Position numbers and translations under genes: made by a program. From contig OY760175.1 of NCBI GenBank assembly GCA_963663165.1, positions 6,240,001 to 6,304,000 of the forward strand: DNA of 64,000 nucleotides, read 5' to 3'. The notes under the pieces were generated by a model. The model saw only the letters and a list, made by a program, of their open reading frames with translations. It was not told where the DNA came from and did not search any database. Within the stretch, counting starts at the first letter, position 1. Every line of letters begins with the position of its first letter. This DNA is from an uncultured Desulfospira sp. (GTDB lineage: Bacteria > Desulfobacterota > Desulfobacteria > Desulfobacterales > Desulfobacteraceae). This document shows, in pieces, positions 18,317 through 30,723 of the stretch.

Positions 18317-18712
18317 TTACCTCATGGTCACCACGGGGCACTCAGCCTGGAGGATCAGAAACCGGGCCGTGGATCCAAAGAGCATTTTACTGACATTGGA
18401 GCGGCCTTTGATCCCAATGATGATTTCGCCGGCTTTTTTTTCTTCGGCAAAGGCCAGAAGGTCCTCTCCTGCGGACAGTCCCCGGATCAGCAGATGGGTC
18501 TCACAGGGAATCCCTTTCTGGTCAAACCGGGTTTTGGTTTTTTCCAGGGCAGCCTCTGTTTCGTTGATCAGCTTCTGGTCATCCTCATGCCCCTCTTCCA
18601 GAGAGGTGACAATCATAACGCTGCCCTTAAAGGCAATGGCATGGGCCAGGGCAAGTTCTAATAGATCTTCTGATAAATTTGACCCATATTTGTACCCCAC
18701 CAGAATTTTCAT
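18317..18712 (-). CDS. Universal stress protein
   Basis: MKILVGY, IIIGIKGRS..SKMLFGSTA, CPVVT. Confidence 0.88.
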   Translation of the reverse strand: MKILVGYKYGSNLSEDLLELALAHAIAFKGSVMIVTSLEEGHEDDQKLINETEAALEKTKTRFDQKGIPCETHLLIRGLSAGEDLLAFAEEKKAGEIIIGIKGRSNVSKMLFGSTARFLILQAECPVVTMR

Positions 18713-18730
18713 TTAAACCCCTTCTTTAGA

Positions 18731-19102
18731 TCAGATTTCTTTTTTGATTTCCTCTTGGAACACCTTTTCAAAAAACGTATCCGATTCCGTCAGGACATGG
18801 GAATGGATATGCCGGAATTCTTCTAAAAGCTTTTTGGCCAGGGGGGTGAGGGTGGAACCGCCGCCGCTGCTTCCCCCTGATTTTCTGACCAGCAAAGGGC
18901 GTCCAAGCCCCTCTTCCGTGGCTTTGATCTTTCCCCATACCGCCCGGTATCCCATTTTCAATTCCTTGGCGGCAGAATTGATGGAACCGCTTTGCTCTAT
19001 GGCTGACAGGATTTTATACCGGCCCAGGCCGAAAATGACTTTGCCGGCATCATCTTCTATCCAGATTTTGGACCTTATGGTAAACGGATTATCAGCATTC
19101 AT
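18731..19102 (-). CDS. ModE-type winged-helix protein (DNA-binding domain only)
   Basis: KIWIE, FGLGRYKIL, GSINSAAKELKMGYRAVW, GGSSGGGSTLT; no TOBE domains. Confidence 0.85.
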   Translation of the reverse strand: MNADNPFTIRSKIWIEDDAGKVIFGLGRYKILSAIEQSGSINSAAKELKMGYRAVWGKIKATEEGLGRPLLVRKSGGSSGGGSTLTPLAKKLLEEFRHIHSHVLTESDTFFEKVFQEEIKKEI

Positions 19103-19161
19103 GCCATCCTATTTACCACAACCCCTTGTAAAAGAAAATCCCCTGTCCGGTTTGAAAACAA

Positions 19162-19974
19162 TTATATTTTGTACATGGTAAGAATACCCGAAATCATGGC
19201 AAAGGCCACAAATCCCACAAGGGTGCCTAAAAACAGAATCAGAACCGGTTCGACCATGGCGTTCATCCGCTGGACATAGGTCTTTAACATTTTTTCATGA
19301 ATATCAGCGGCAATGGAAAGGCTGGTCTCCACACTGCCCGTCTCTTCTCCGACAGCCACCATGCTGGCCACCATGGGCGGGAAAATATGGCCGGCCGCCT
19401 TGATGGGGGCGGACAGGCTCTCTCCGCGCAGGATATGCTCTTCCATTGTTTCCATCACCCGCCTGGCGGCCCGGTTGCCAATGATCCCCTTAACAATCTT
19501 CAAGGATTCCAGGATGCTGATGCCGCTGCCGATCAGGGTGGACAGGTTCCGTGTAAACTGGACGATAAGGGAATAATAAAAGACCGGCCCGATAACGGGT
19601 ATCCGGGTCTTGAGAATATCGATCCCATACCGGACCCGTGAATTCCAGCGGTACAGAAGATAAAAGGACACCCCGCCTGAGCAGAGACCGGCCAGCAGGT
19701 ACCGCCAGTACACTTTGAACCATTCACTCACATCAATGATCAGCTGGGTGTTCCAGGGAAGCCTATGGGTTCTCAAGCGGAGCAGGGGTGTGATCCTCGG
19801 GATGACAAAGGAGACCAGAAAAACGACGACGACCACCACCACAATGGTGACAATGATGGGGTAAATGGCCCCGGTAATCAGGTGGCTCCTGAAATTGGCG
19901 TCCTCTTCAATGTGGTCGGCGATCCGTGTGAGCATCACCCCGAGGGTGCCGCTGGCCTCTCCGGCCGCCACCAT
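19162..19974 (-). pseudogene. 5'-truncated PilC/GspF (T2SS F family) fragment
   Basis: Starts at the internal motif MVAAGEASGTL of the first T2SSF domain; second domain FPPMVASMVAVGEETGS and EP..ILFLG intact; 270 aa against about 400 aa for full-length members. Confidence 0.75.
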
Positions 19975-20447
19975 TCACCCAACGCCTCCTGAAAGGTCTT
20001 TTTCAGCCGGGCGGCCGAACCGGGAGGCGGTTCAAGGTGCGCCGGCAGCGGCGGCAGCACCAGGCGCTCCGGCCCATCATCGTGGTTGCCCCGGATGGGA
20101 TACACCTTAATGCCGGATCGGTAGACCGGGGCCATGGCCTTTTTCCAGTTTTGATATTGGACCGGGTATGGTGTGCCGCCGTTCCTGAACCAGCCGTTGA
20201 TAAGGTCGCCGGAAACCAGCACAAGATCAGGTTTTTCAAGCACAATGTCATTGGCAATGGCCTGGACAACCCTGTCATTGACACAGGAATGGCCTTCAGG
20301 TGCCCGGTTAGATCCCTGGGTGTCCGTGACCACTGCAAATTTCCAGGGGGGTGGCGTTAACCGGGTACAGGAAGCACCGGCCAGGGAAAATGCTAAAATC
20401 AGGATCAATAGAACAGACAGATGTTTTTTATGGGCAAGTGATGGCAT
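19935..20447 (-). pseudogene. 3'-truncated exported metallophosphoesterase, running out of frame into the pilC fragment
   Basis: Signal/lipoprotein-like N-terminus; VTDTQ, SGDL and GNHD motifs present; later His motifs absent. Confidence 0.75.
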
Positions 20448-20486
20448 GGCCCGCTCCAACCCTACCGCTCAAACCAGGGAACTTGA

Positions 20487-20584
20487 CGGTTTCGGTCTCC
20501 CGTCTCCTTTTCTCCGGTTTCCGTTTTTTATCCTTATCATCAAAACTGACATCGCCCGCAGGCAAGTTACATGCGATTGCCCTG
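20487..20584 (+). mobile_element. Partial copy of MITE family C (one TIR plus half of a family D arm)
   Basis: ATCCTTATCATCAAAACTGACATCGCCCGCAGGCAAGTTACATGCGATTGCCCTG matches 49511-49565 and the reverse complement of the 39519 end. Confidence 0.7.
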
Positions 20585-20684
20585 GTGTGGTAATTGATAT
20601 GGCTTGACCTTTTTAATGAACAGCGGTTTAATCAAATTTTTATATGCGGTTCACCCTGTAATGATTTAAAAAAAGGAAGGTCCT

Positions 20685-21035
20685 TTGAATCCCGTACTGG
20701 CCGCTGTAGCCCTTTTGATCTGCAGCAATGTTTTTATGACATTTGCCTGGTATGCCCATCTTAAAGAACTGAATCACAGCCTTTGGATCACTGCGGCGCT
20801 GATCAGCTGGGGCATTGCATTGTTTGAATATCTGCTGCAGGTGCCGGCCAACCGGATCGGGCATACCGTGCTGTCCGTCGGCCAGTTAAAAATCATTCAG
20901 GAAGTCATTACACTATCTGTTTTTGTCCCTTTTTCAGTGTGTTACTTGAAAGAACCGTTCAAACTCGATTACGTATGGGCAGGATTTTGCCTGATGGGCG
21001 CGGTGTTTTTCATTTTCAGGAGCAAACTTTTTTAA
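20685..21035 (+). CDS. Small DMT-family membrane protein (DUF486 / DMT_6)
   Basis: SNVFMTFAWYAHLK, SWGIALFEYLLQVPANRIG, QLKIIQEVITL; TTG start after GGAAGG. Confidence 0.88.
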   Translation: MNPVLAAVALLICSNVFMTFAWYAHLKELNHSLWITAALISWGIALFEYLLQVPANRIGHTVLSVGQLKIIQEVITLSVFVPFSVCYLKEPFKLDYVWAGFCLMGAVFFIFRSKLF

Positions 21036-21199
21036 TTTTGGCACAACAGATTGATGGCCGGCCACGGAACGGTCACCAGGACATAAATCGGCTGATTCGA
21101 GCGGTTGAGAAAGCCGTCTGCTGGAGGTAATCAGCTGATTTTCTCATAAAATTTCTTTGACAAGAACCCATATGATGGTCTATATCACTCTGGTTTTAA

Positions 21200-21295
21200 T
21201 AATGGTCACGGGCCGCCTTGGTTATCCAACCAAGAGCCGCCCACAACAAATATTGAAAGTCTTCTCAGGACGTTAGGGAGATTTTCTTATAAAAA
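21200..21295 (-). repeat. Family A repeat, copy 2
   Basis: Reverse complement aligns along the whole of 5347-5442. Confidence 0.85.
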
Positions 21296-21545
21296 TTATG
21301 ACAGAACAGTTTAACCGGTTGATAAAGTTTTTAAGATGTTGTTTGGTGTTATGATGTTGTCTATTTTTCCCAGGGGATTATGCCGCCTCAATGTTCTGAT
21401 CCCTTCGGGCTGTCCTGCCTTTTTATTATGCCTTTTTCGGTATGGATTGTCTTAGATCATCTTCCTGTTCCAAGAAACAGAAATCGAATATTGCAATGCC
21501 GGAATAAGGCTTCCGTAAGGTCAGGATCAGGACAAAGGCAACACC

Positions 21546-24500
21546 ATGTTCAAAAGCAAAGATACCCCACGCAGCAACACCTGCCACAAAACCCCTAACA
21601 CCATATTGGAAAACTCATTAAGGGTTCTTGTTCCCCTGTATCTAACCTACTTTATTTTCCTGTTAAGTATTTTTTTTATTTTTATTCCCCAGCAAAAACA
21701 GCAGGTCTTAAATCAAAAAAAGCTGGTCATCCTAAAACTCGCGGAAGTTGGGGTAAGCCTGATTGCAGAGTACAACGCACGGGTTGAACGAAATGAGATT
21801 TCCCTGTCAGCAGCCCAAAAAGAGGCCAGAGACCTCTTAAAAAACATTGCATACAGCACCAATGGAAAAGGGTATTTCTGGATCGGCGACATGTCCGGAA
21901 AAATTATAATGCACCCGCATATAGACCGGTCCAGATGGAAAGAACTTGGGCAAATTAAACTGCCGGATCAAAAAAGCCTTACGGACACCATACGGGGAAT
22001 CGTGGAAAAAAACGGCCAGGGGTACATTACCTATCCCTGGATGAAAGATGGAAAAATTTCCCCATCCGCTTCCAAACTCTCATTTGTAAAAGGTTTTCCC
22101 CCATGGCACTGGATTCTGGGGACCGGGATTTACCAGCATGAGATAGACCATGAAATCGGGTTGATCACCCATAAGTTTGTTAAAATTTTTAAGGCAATTT
22201 TTATTTTCTTAATCATTTTATCGGGGTATATCACCTGGCAGATTATCCACATCAACCAGAAGAAAAACCGGGCGGAGCAGGCCAAGGCCCTTGAAGAACA
22301 AGGGACCAAAAAACTGCTTCAGCTGGTTCAGCTCGAACCCAAAACCCGGAATTCCATTATCGGATTTACCCTCAGGCAGATCATCGACTTAACCCAGAGT
22401 GACTTAGGGTATCTGGCCATAGTGGATGAACCCTGTCAGCGAATGGACCTCTACATATGGCAGGGACAGGATCTGGAACCGGAATGCCGCCAGGTTGAAT
22501 ATACCCCTGACACCATAGACCTGTGGGCAACACCGCTAAAGGACAGGCAAAGCACCATCATCAACGGGTGTCCCGGCCACGCCCGTCTTGCCTCCGAAAA
22601 ATGGCCCGGCCGCCATACAGGGATCACCCGGTTTTTAGGGGTGCCGGTGTTTGATCAGGCGCATATTGCCGTTCTGGCCGGCGTGGCCAATAAGAAGCAG
22701 GCCTATGACAGCTTAGATGTCCGGTTGCTTCAGCTGATGGCCGAAGGCATGTGGAAAGTCCTTGAAACCATAAAAGCCCGGGAAAAACTGGAAAAAAGTG
22801 AGCGCAAATACCGGCTGCTGGCTGAAAACGCCAATGATGTCATCGGCATTATTGACTTTCGGAAATTACAGGCCTTATATATTAGCCAATCCATTGAACA
22901 ATTACTGGGGTATCACTTTAAAGAAGCGGTTAAGCTTCCACCCGAGGCGATTTTTACCGATTCATCATTGAAAGCGCTGCGCCAGACCTTGCATCACAAC
23001 CCGGAACATTTTTTCTCATCTTTGACCGGTAAGCCCCGGTCCATGGTAATTGAACTGGAAATGGTAAAAAAAGACGGTTCTGTGATCTGGACGGAACATA
23101 CGATACGCCCGGTCATGGGAAACCAACGCGAACCCGACAAGATGGTGGTTGTGTTCAGGGACATCACCCAGCGAAAGGCTTTGGAAAATGAACTGATTCA
23201 AAGCCACAGGACCCTTGAGCTTGCCCAAAAAATATCCCAAATAGGCTCCTGGTCTTTTGACCCTGAGTCCGGCACCTGGAGGTATTCAAAGGAGTGCTTC
23301 CGAATATATGAAAAAGCCCTTGATGAAAAGCCCTACTCTCTGGAAAAACATTTTAAAATTTTTTCTTACCGGGGCAGGGACAAATTGGAGACGGCGTTAA
23401 AGAAGGCGGTTACCCAAGGCATTCCCTTTGAAATTGAAACCCTGTTAACCCTGCCGTCAAAAAAAGAAAAGTGGGTTCATATTATTTGCAATCCCCAGGA
23501 AAAGCCGGGCCCCAAAGGATATTCTCTGAGCGGTACCACCCAGGACATTTCCCAGAGAAAAGACATGGAACGTCAAATAAGGCAAAGCCAGAGATTAGAG
23601 GCAATGGGAACCCTTGCCGGCGGTATTGCCCATGATTTTAACAACATCCTTTCATCCATCATGGGGTTCACGGAGCTTGCCAGGCTGGATTTGGAAGACC
23701 GCCCTGAAGTCCTCAAGACCCTGGACCATGTTATGGCCGGCGGGATCCGGGCAAGGGAGCTGGTCAAACAGATCCTTACCTTCAGCCGGAAAACAGACGC
23801 CCAGCAAATCGCCGTAAAACCGGCCATTATGATCAAAGAAAGCCTTAAGTTCCTGAAAGCCTCTGTCCCCAAGAATATCGAAATTAAAAGCCGGATCGCG
23901 GATCATGGCTGCATGGTTTTTGCCGATCCCACCCAGATCCACCAGGTGCTCCTGAACCTGTTGACCAATTCCGTCCATGCCATGAAGGAGAACGGCGGAT
24001 GTCTTGAAGTTTCTTTAAAAACCATCCGTCTTGACCACAGGGATGTCCTGTGCAAGGAAATTTTTCCGGGCCGTTATGTTGAGATATCTGTCAGCGATAC
24101 CGGGTACGGCATCCCCCGCCATTTACTGGATAAAATATTTGATCCTTTTTTTACCACTAAAAAACGGGGAGAGGGAACCGGGTTAGGCCTTTCCACCGCC
24201 TATGGCATTGTGAGTTCGTTGAAAGGAAAAATTCTGGTTCACAGCCGGCCGGACAAGGGGACACGCTTTAACCTTCTCATCCCGGAACATACCAGCGAAA
24301 CCATAGAGATCCCGGATGAACGCAGCATCCCAATGATAACCCGGGGAAACAGCCATCTGCTCATCGTGGATGATGAAGCCGACATCCTGGACTGGACATC
24401 ACAAATGCTCTCCGCCCACGGCTATCAAATTTCAACCGCCTCGACCGCCGAAGAAGCGTTAAAACAATTCAATGCCCACCCGGACCGGTTTGACCTGTTG

Positions 24501-24722
24501 CTGACCGACCTGTCCATGCCGGGAATGGACGGCATTTCGCTGTCTAAACAAATAAATGCCTTAAGGCCCGGCATTCCCATCCTTTTGTGTACGGGAATGC
24601 TTGAAGGAAAAACCCAGGAAATAATTGCAAACACCTGCATTTCAGGTATTATCATGAAACCCGTCATCGCAGGGGAACTGGCCGGGGCCATCGAAACCGC
24701 ATTGGAGGAAGCCAAAGGATGA
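21546..24722 (+). CDS. Hybrid sensor histidine kinase (Cache-GAF-PAS-PAS-HisKA-HATPase-REC)
   Basis: GYFWI..MHP and W.LGTGIY (single Cache); GTLAGGIAHDFNNIL; QVLLNLLTNS; FDPFFTTK..GEGTGLGL; DLLLTDLSMPGMDG. Confidence 0.9.
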   Translation: MFKSKDTPRSNTCHKTPNTILENSLRVLVPLYLTYFIFLLSIFFIFIPQQKQQVLNQKKLVILKLAEVGVSLIAEYNARVERNEISLSAAQKEARDLLKNIAYSTNGKGYFWIGDMSGKIIMHPHIDRSRWKELGQIKLPDQKSLTDTIRGIVEKNGQGYITYPWMKDGKISPSASKLSFVKGFPPWHWILGTGIYQHEIDHEIGLITHKFVKIFKAIFIFLIILSGYITWQIIHINQKKNRAEQAKALEEQGTKKLLQLVQLEPKTRNSIIGFTLRQIIDLTQSDLGYLAIVDEPCQRMDLYIWQGQDLEPECRQVEYTPDTIDLWATPLKDRQSTIINGCPGHARLASEKWPGRHTGITRFLGVPVFDQAHIAVLAGVANKKQAYDSLDVRLLQLMAEGMWKVLETIKAREKLEKSERKYRLLAENANDVIGIIDFRKLQALYISQSIEQLLGYHFKEAVKLPPEAIFTDSSLKALRQTLHHNPEHFFSSLTGKPRSMVIELEMVKKDGSVIWTEHTIRPVMGNQREPDKMVVVFRDITQRKALENELIQSHRTLELAQKISQIGSWSFDPESGTWRYSKECFRIYEKALDEKPYSLEKHFKIFSYRGRDKLETALKKAVTQGIPFEIETLLTLPSKKEKWVHIICNPQEKPGPKGYSLSGTTQDISQRKDMERQIRQSQRLEAMGTLAGGIAHDFNNILSSIMGFTELARLDLEDRPEVLKTLDHVMAGGIRARELVKQILTFSRKTDAQQIAVKPAIMIKESLKFLKASVPKNIEIKSRIADHGCMVFADPTQIHQVLLNLLTNSVHAMKENGGCLEVSLKTIRLDHRDVLCKEIFPGRYVEISVSDTGYGIPRHLLDKIFDPFFTTKKRGEGTGLGLSTAYGIVSSLKGKILVHSRPDKGTRFNLLIPEHTSETIEIPDERSIPMITRGNSHLLIVDDEADILDWTSQMLSAHGYQISTASTAEEALKQFNAHPDRFDLLLTDLSMPGMDGISLSKQINALRPGIPILLCTGMLEGKTQEIIANTCISGIIMKPVIAGELAGAIETALEEAKG

Positions 24723-24917
24723 TCAACATACTGGTTATTGATGATGATCCGGGCGTTTCTCAATTTTTAGCCGCTTTACTGGACACCATGGGGGCTGAGC
24801 ACAGCATTGCCCACAATTTTTTTCCAGGCCAGATCCCTGATCGCGGCCCAGGCATACGATCTGGTTCTTCTGGATCTCGGGCATGTCCCGCTAAAGGCTG
24901 TATGGATTGCTGGATAA
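24719..24917 (+). pseudogene. Frameshifted, truncated response regulator
   Basis: MINILVIDDD start coupled to the kinase stop; YDLVLLDL lies in another frame after a T7 run (24817-24823) and that frame stops at 24917. Confidence 0.7.
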
Positions 24918-25180
24918 GTATGCCCTCCCGCAATTCAAATAAGGTTTGGACCTGTTCAAAAACAGGACAGTTTCCCATAAGCAGGAACCAAACACTTCCT
25001 GTTTATGGGAAATTTTGCCCCCCTCCCATCCCCATTGAGCTGCCGTTTTAATCAGCTGAAATCGCACTGGTTTATGGATTTCGGCGATATCCTTTCCCGG
25101 CACATTTTTTGCTTAGTTTTATTTTAGTTTAAACCACACAAACTGTTTTTTAACCTAAGCTAAGAAAGGAAAACTTTAGG

Positions 25181-27178
25181 ATGAAGATGTCATTAAAATC
25201 CAAGTTGCTCATCGGGGGCATCCTGGCCTCCATGCTCCCGCTGGCCGTCACCGGTTACTTTTCGGTAACCAAATCCACTCATGCCCTGGTCAAAAGCGCC
25301 AAATCCCAGTCTGTTCAGATTGCAAATGATCTGGCCGCCCTGTCCGAAGAGGTCATCAAACAGGAAAAAGCCTTTGCCCGGGCCATGGCTCAGGTTCCTG
25401 TCATAAGGGAAACCGCCTCAGCCATATATGACAATGAAATCTATAATTCGAGCCGGGAGATCGGCGAATTAAAACAGTTTCTAATTGACACTTATGGTCA
25501 AACCAATGGCAAATATGAGACACTTCTTGTATTGGATAAGACCGGAACGGTGGTTGCCGACAGCCGAAAAGAAGGGACCAAAATTTTTTCCCTGGCAGAA
25601 CGGCAGTATTTTATTGACGCCAAAAAAGGAAATGTCTGTTTGGGCGACCCTATTCTATCCAAAGCCAGCGGACTTCCCATTTTTGTTATTGCGGCACCGG
25701 TGAAAAAAAACGATGGAACATTTACCGGCGTCTTTGTCACCATCATTACCATGAACGAGCTAAGCCATACCGTCACTAAGGTAAAAATAGGGGAAACCGG
25801 TTATCCCTTTGTTATCAACGGAAAAGGAATGGTCATTGCCCACCCCAAACCTGAAAACATATTTAAAACCGATATTTCCAAATCCGCCGGGATGGAAGCG
25901 GTGGCCGCCAGTATGACCGGCCAGGAAACCGGGGTGCAGTATTATACATTCAAAGGCATTGATAGAATCGCGGGCTTTGCGCCCATCAAGTCGGCGGGCT
26001 GGAGTGTCTGTGTTACCCAGGATGAACACGAGTTCCTGGCCGCAGCCAGGTCCATTCAGAAGGTGGTGTTTATCATCGGCGCGGTCTCCCTTATTATCAT
26101 TTTTGCCGGCGTCCTCTTTTTTGTCAAAGGTATCATGACCCAATTGGGCGGGGAACCTGAGGATATAGCCGGTATCGCCAACACCATTGCCAGCGGGGAT
26201 CTGACCACTCAGTTTAAAGGAGATACCGGAAAACTCACCGGCGTTTATGCGGCCATGAAGAAAATGTCGGAAAACCTGACCCATATGCTCAGAGAGGTTA
26301 CCGGCGGGGTCCAGACCCTGACCACCTCCTCAACAGAGTTATCCGCCATTTCAGAACAAATGGCATCCAATTCCGAAGACACCTCGGCAAAAGCCAACAG
26401 CGTGGCTGCCGCTGCGGAAGAAATGAGCGCCAACATGAATTCAGTGGCTGCGGCGACCGAACAGACCTCTGCCAATATTCACATGATCATTGCCGCGGCT
26501 GAGGAGATGTCCTCCACCATTTCTGAAATTGCGTCCAATACGGCCAAAGGCAGCCAGACCACCATTGATGCCGTCAAAAAGGCTGAAGAAGTCTCCGGGA
26601 AAGTCAATGAACTCGGGGCGGCGGCCTCCCAGATCAGTAAAGTGACCGAAACCATAGCCGATATCTCCGAGCAGACCAACCTTCTGGCCCTTAATGCCAC
26701 CATTGAAGCGGCACGGGCCGGTGAAGCCGGCAAAGGGTTTGCCGTTGTGGCCGCAGAAATCAAGGCCCTGGCCCATCAGACAGCTCAGGCCACCGATGAA
26801 ATCGGGACCCGGATCGGCGAGGTGCAGAAAAGCACCAATGAATCCGTCACCGCCATTAATGAAATCGTTGATGTTATCAATGAGGTGAACACCATCGTGA
26901 CGTCTGTGGCCGCGGCCATTGAAGAACAGACCGCCACCACCCAGGAGATCTCCCACAATGTGAGCCAGGCCGGAACCGGGGTTCAGGATGTCAATGAAAA
27001 CGTCAACCAGGCGTCCGTGGTATCCGGGGAGGTCAGCCAGGATATCCACCAGGTCAGCCGGGCAGCCGACGAAATGAAAAACGGCAGTCTCCAGGTTAAT
27101 GAGAGCGCCGGCGAGCTCTCACGGCTTGCCGAAAACCTTAACCAGTTGATTTCCCAGTTCACCCTGGAAAAATCTTAA
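25181..27178 (+). CDS. Methyl-accepting chemotaxis protein with dCache sensor
   Basis: Two TM segments; [45 protein letters not shown]. Confidence 0.93.
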   Translation: MKMSLKSKLLIGGILASMLPLAVTGYFSVTKSTHALVKSAKSQSVQIANDLAALSEEVIKQEKAFARAMAQVPVIRETASAIYDNEIYNSSREIGELKQFLIDTYGQTNGKYETLLVLDKTGTVVADSRKEGTKIFSLAERQYFIDAKKGNVCLGDPILSKASGLPIFVIAAPVKKNDGTFTGVFVTIITMNELSHTVTKVKIGETGYPFVINGKGMVIAHPKPENIFKTDISKSAGMEAVAASMTGQETGVQYYTFKGIDRIAGFAPIKSAGWSVCVTQDEHEFLAAARSIQKVVFIIGAVSLIIIFAGVLFFVKGIMTQLGGEPEDIAGIANTIASGDLTTQFKGDTGKLTGVYAAMKKMSENLTHMLREVTGGVQTLTTSSTELSAISEQMASNSEDTSAKANSVAAAAEEMSANMNSVAAATEQTSANIHMIIAAAEEMSSTISEIASNTAKGSQTTIDAVKKAEEVSGKVNELGAAASQISKVTETIADISEQTNLLALNATIEAARAGEAGKGFAVVAAEIKALAHQTAQATDEIGTRIGEVQKSTNESVTAINEIVDVINEVNTIVTSVAAAIEEQTATTQEISHNVSQAGTGVQDVNENVNQASVVSGEVSQDIHQVSRAADEMKNGSLQVNESAGELSRLAENLNQLISQFTLEKS

Positions 27179-27185
27179 GGGAATC

Positions 27186-27256
27186 AGGCTGAAGGGGGTT
27201 GGGCTGAAGGGATGCACAACCCTACGCCCCTTCAGTCTTCAGCCTAATCCCCTTCA
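27186..27256. repeat. Hairpin repeat family E (GCTGAAG arms, GGGATGC core); possible terminator
   Basis: GGCTGAAGGGATGCACAACCCTACGCCCCTTCAGTCTTCAGCCTAATCCCCT, homologous to 41338-41390. Confidence 0.7.
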
Positions 27257-27312
27257 TACCTTGCTGCTGCCCCTTTGGGACATTGACTTAAAAGAAAATA
27301 AATGTTATTTGG

Positions 27313-27327
27313 AAATAATTATTATCT
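27313..27327. promoter_or_regulatory. Fur/Per-box-like 7-1-7 inverted repeat upstream of perR
   Basis: AAATAAT-T-ATTATCT. Confidence 0.5.
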
Positions 27328-27344
27328 AAAGAGAAGGGTTCCCG

Positions 27345-27785
27345 TTGAAAACTGCTCAAAAAAGATTTAAAACTATCATCAAAACGCTCAAAGAAAACGG
27401 CCATAAAATAACGCCCCAGCGAATGGCCATTGTCAGAATTCTGGCCGAAAGCCAGACTCATCCCAGTGTAGAAGATATATATACAAAGGTCAAAGCCGAT
27501 TTTCCCACCATGAGCCTGGCCACGGTCTACCGGAATATTTTATTGATCAAATCCCTTGGAGAGGTCCTTGAACTCGGATTTCCCGACGGGAGCAACCGGT
27601 ATGACGGGCAGAAACCCTTTCCCCATCCCCATGTGATCTGTATCAAATGTAAACAAATCGTTGATCCTGATCTGGACAGCCTGGATGCCATGCAAAAAGA
27701 AGTTTCCAATGAAACCGGCTATACCATATTAAATCACCGGCTGGATTTTTTTGGGATATGCAACAGCTGCAAGGCCAAGGAGTAA
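27345..27785 (+). CDS. perR: Fur-family peroxide regulator PerR
   Basis: KITPQR, HPSVEDIY, SLATVYRN, RYDG...HPHVICIKC, GICNSC; adjacent to katG. Confidence 0.85.
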   Translation: MKTAQKRFKTIIKTLKENGHKITPQRMAIVRILAESQTHPSVEDIYTKVKADFPTMSLATVYRNILLIKSLGEVLELGFPDGSNRYDGQKPFPHPHVICIKCKQIVDPDLDSLDAMQKEVSNETGYTILNHRLDFFGICNSCKAKE

Positions 27786-27831
27786 TCCCCTCCTCCGGTT
27801 TCGAGTCTCCTGTCTTTGTTCAAAATTTTTC

Positions 27832-27861
27832 TTGACAGATAAATAATAACTGTTATCATTT
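27832..27861 (+). promoter_or_regulatory. katG promoter overlapped by a 10-1-10 Fur/Per-box-like inverted repeat
   Basis: TTGACA(27832)-N16-TATCAT with upstream TG; AAATAATAAC-T-GTTATCATTT at 27841-27861. Confidence 0.65.
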
Positions 27862-27907
27862 GATAAAAATTTCCCTAAATAGGAAAATCCCTGTCACTCC
27901 ACTGTAA

Positions 27908-30163
<2,256 letters not shown>

Positions 30164-30179
30164 TCCTTCTTGCTTCATA

Positions 30180-30219
30180 ATCATGCTCTTACTCAAATCG
30201 TTTAGAGCAAGAGCATGAT
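30180..30219. repeat. Hairpin with hexamer-periodic arms after katG; possible terminator
   Basis: ATCATGCTCTTACTC / GAGCAAGAGCATGAT (14/15), with further 6-nt units flanking. Confidence 0.55.
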
Positions 30220-30418
30220 CAAGATTAAGAGAATGATGCTGATCCCCGAGGTTGGCTTCCGGTTTCCGATCTCCTTTTTTCCTTGCTTTTAATCACGGCG
30301 TTTGTTATTTAAGCGGGTTATAAATATTTCTATTTATGTTGCGGACGAAAGCCGGTTCCAAAACCCAATCCGCTCGTGACAGTTATATTTAAATACACTA
30401 TGAAAGGGGCGATGTTTT

Positions 30419-30628
30419 TTGAAAGAGATTACAGTCACGGTTATTGACAACGATGTGGAAAAGGCTTTACGGATTTTGAAGAAAAAAATCCAGAATGACG
30501 GCCTCTTCAAACGTCTTAAAGTGAAAAAGCACTATGAGAAGCCATGCCAGTACAGACGACGTAAGATGAGAGAAGCAATGAGAAGACAACGGATTGCTGC
30601 CTCCAGATCTCGCAGAAGACAAAAATAA
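30419..30628 (+). CDS. rpsU: 30S ribosomal protein S21
   Basis: VEKALRILKKKIQNDG, HYEKP, very basic C-terminus; TTG start. Confidence 0.92.
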   Translation: MKEITVTVIDNDVEKALRILKKKIQNDGLFKRLKVKKHYEKPCQYRRRKMREAMRRQRIAASRSRRRQK

Positions 30629-30640
30629 CCACCGACCGAT

Positions 30641-30698
30641 AAAAACCCCGGCAGACCGGCCCCTTAATACCCATCAGGGAATGGATGCCGGGTTTTTT
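30641..30698 (+). terminator. Probable intrinsic terminator after rpsU
   Basis: AAAAACCCCGGCA ... TGCCGGGTTTTTT; the loop is unusually large. Confidence 0.4.
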
Positions 30699-30723
30699 AC
30701 GTCTTTAAAAAGTTCAACCGATA

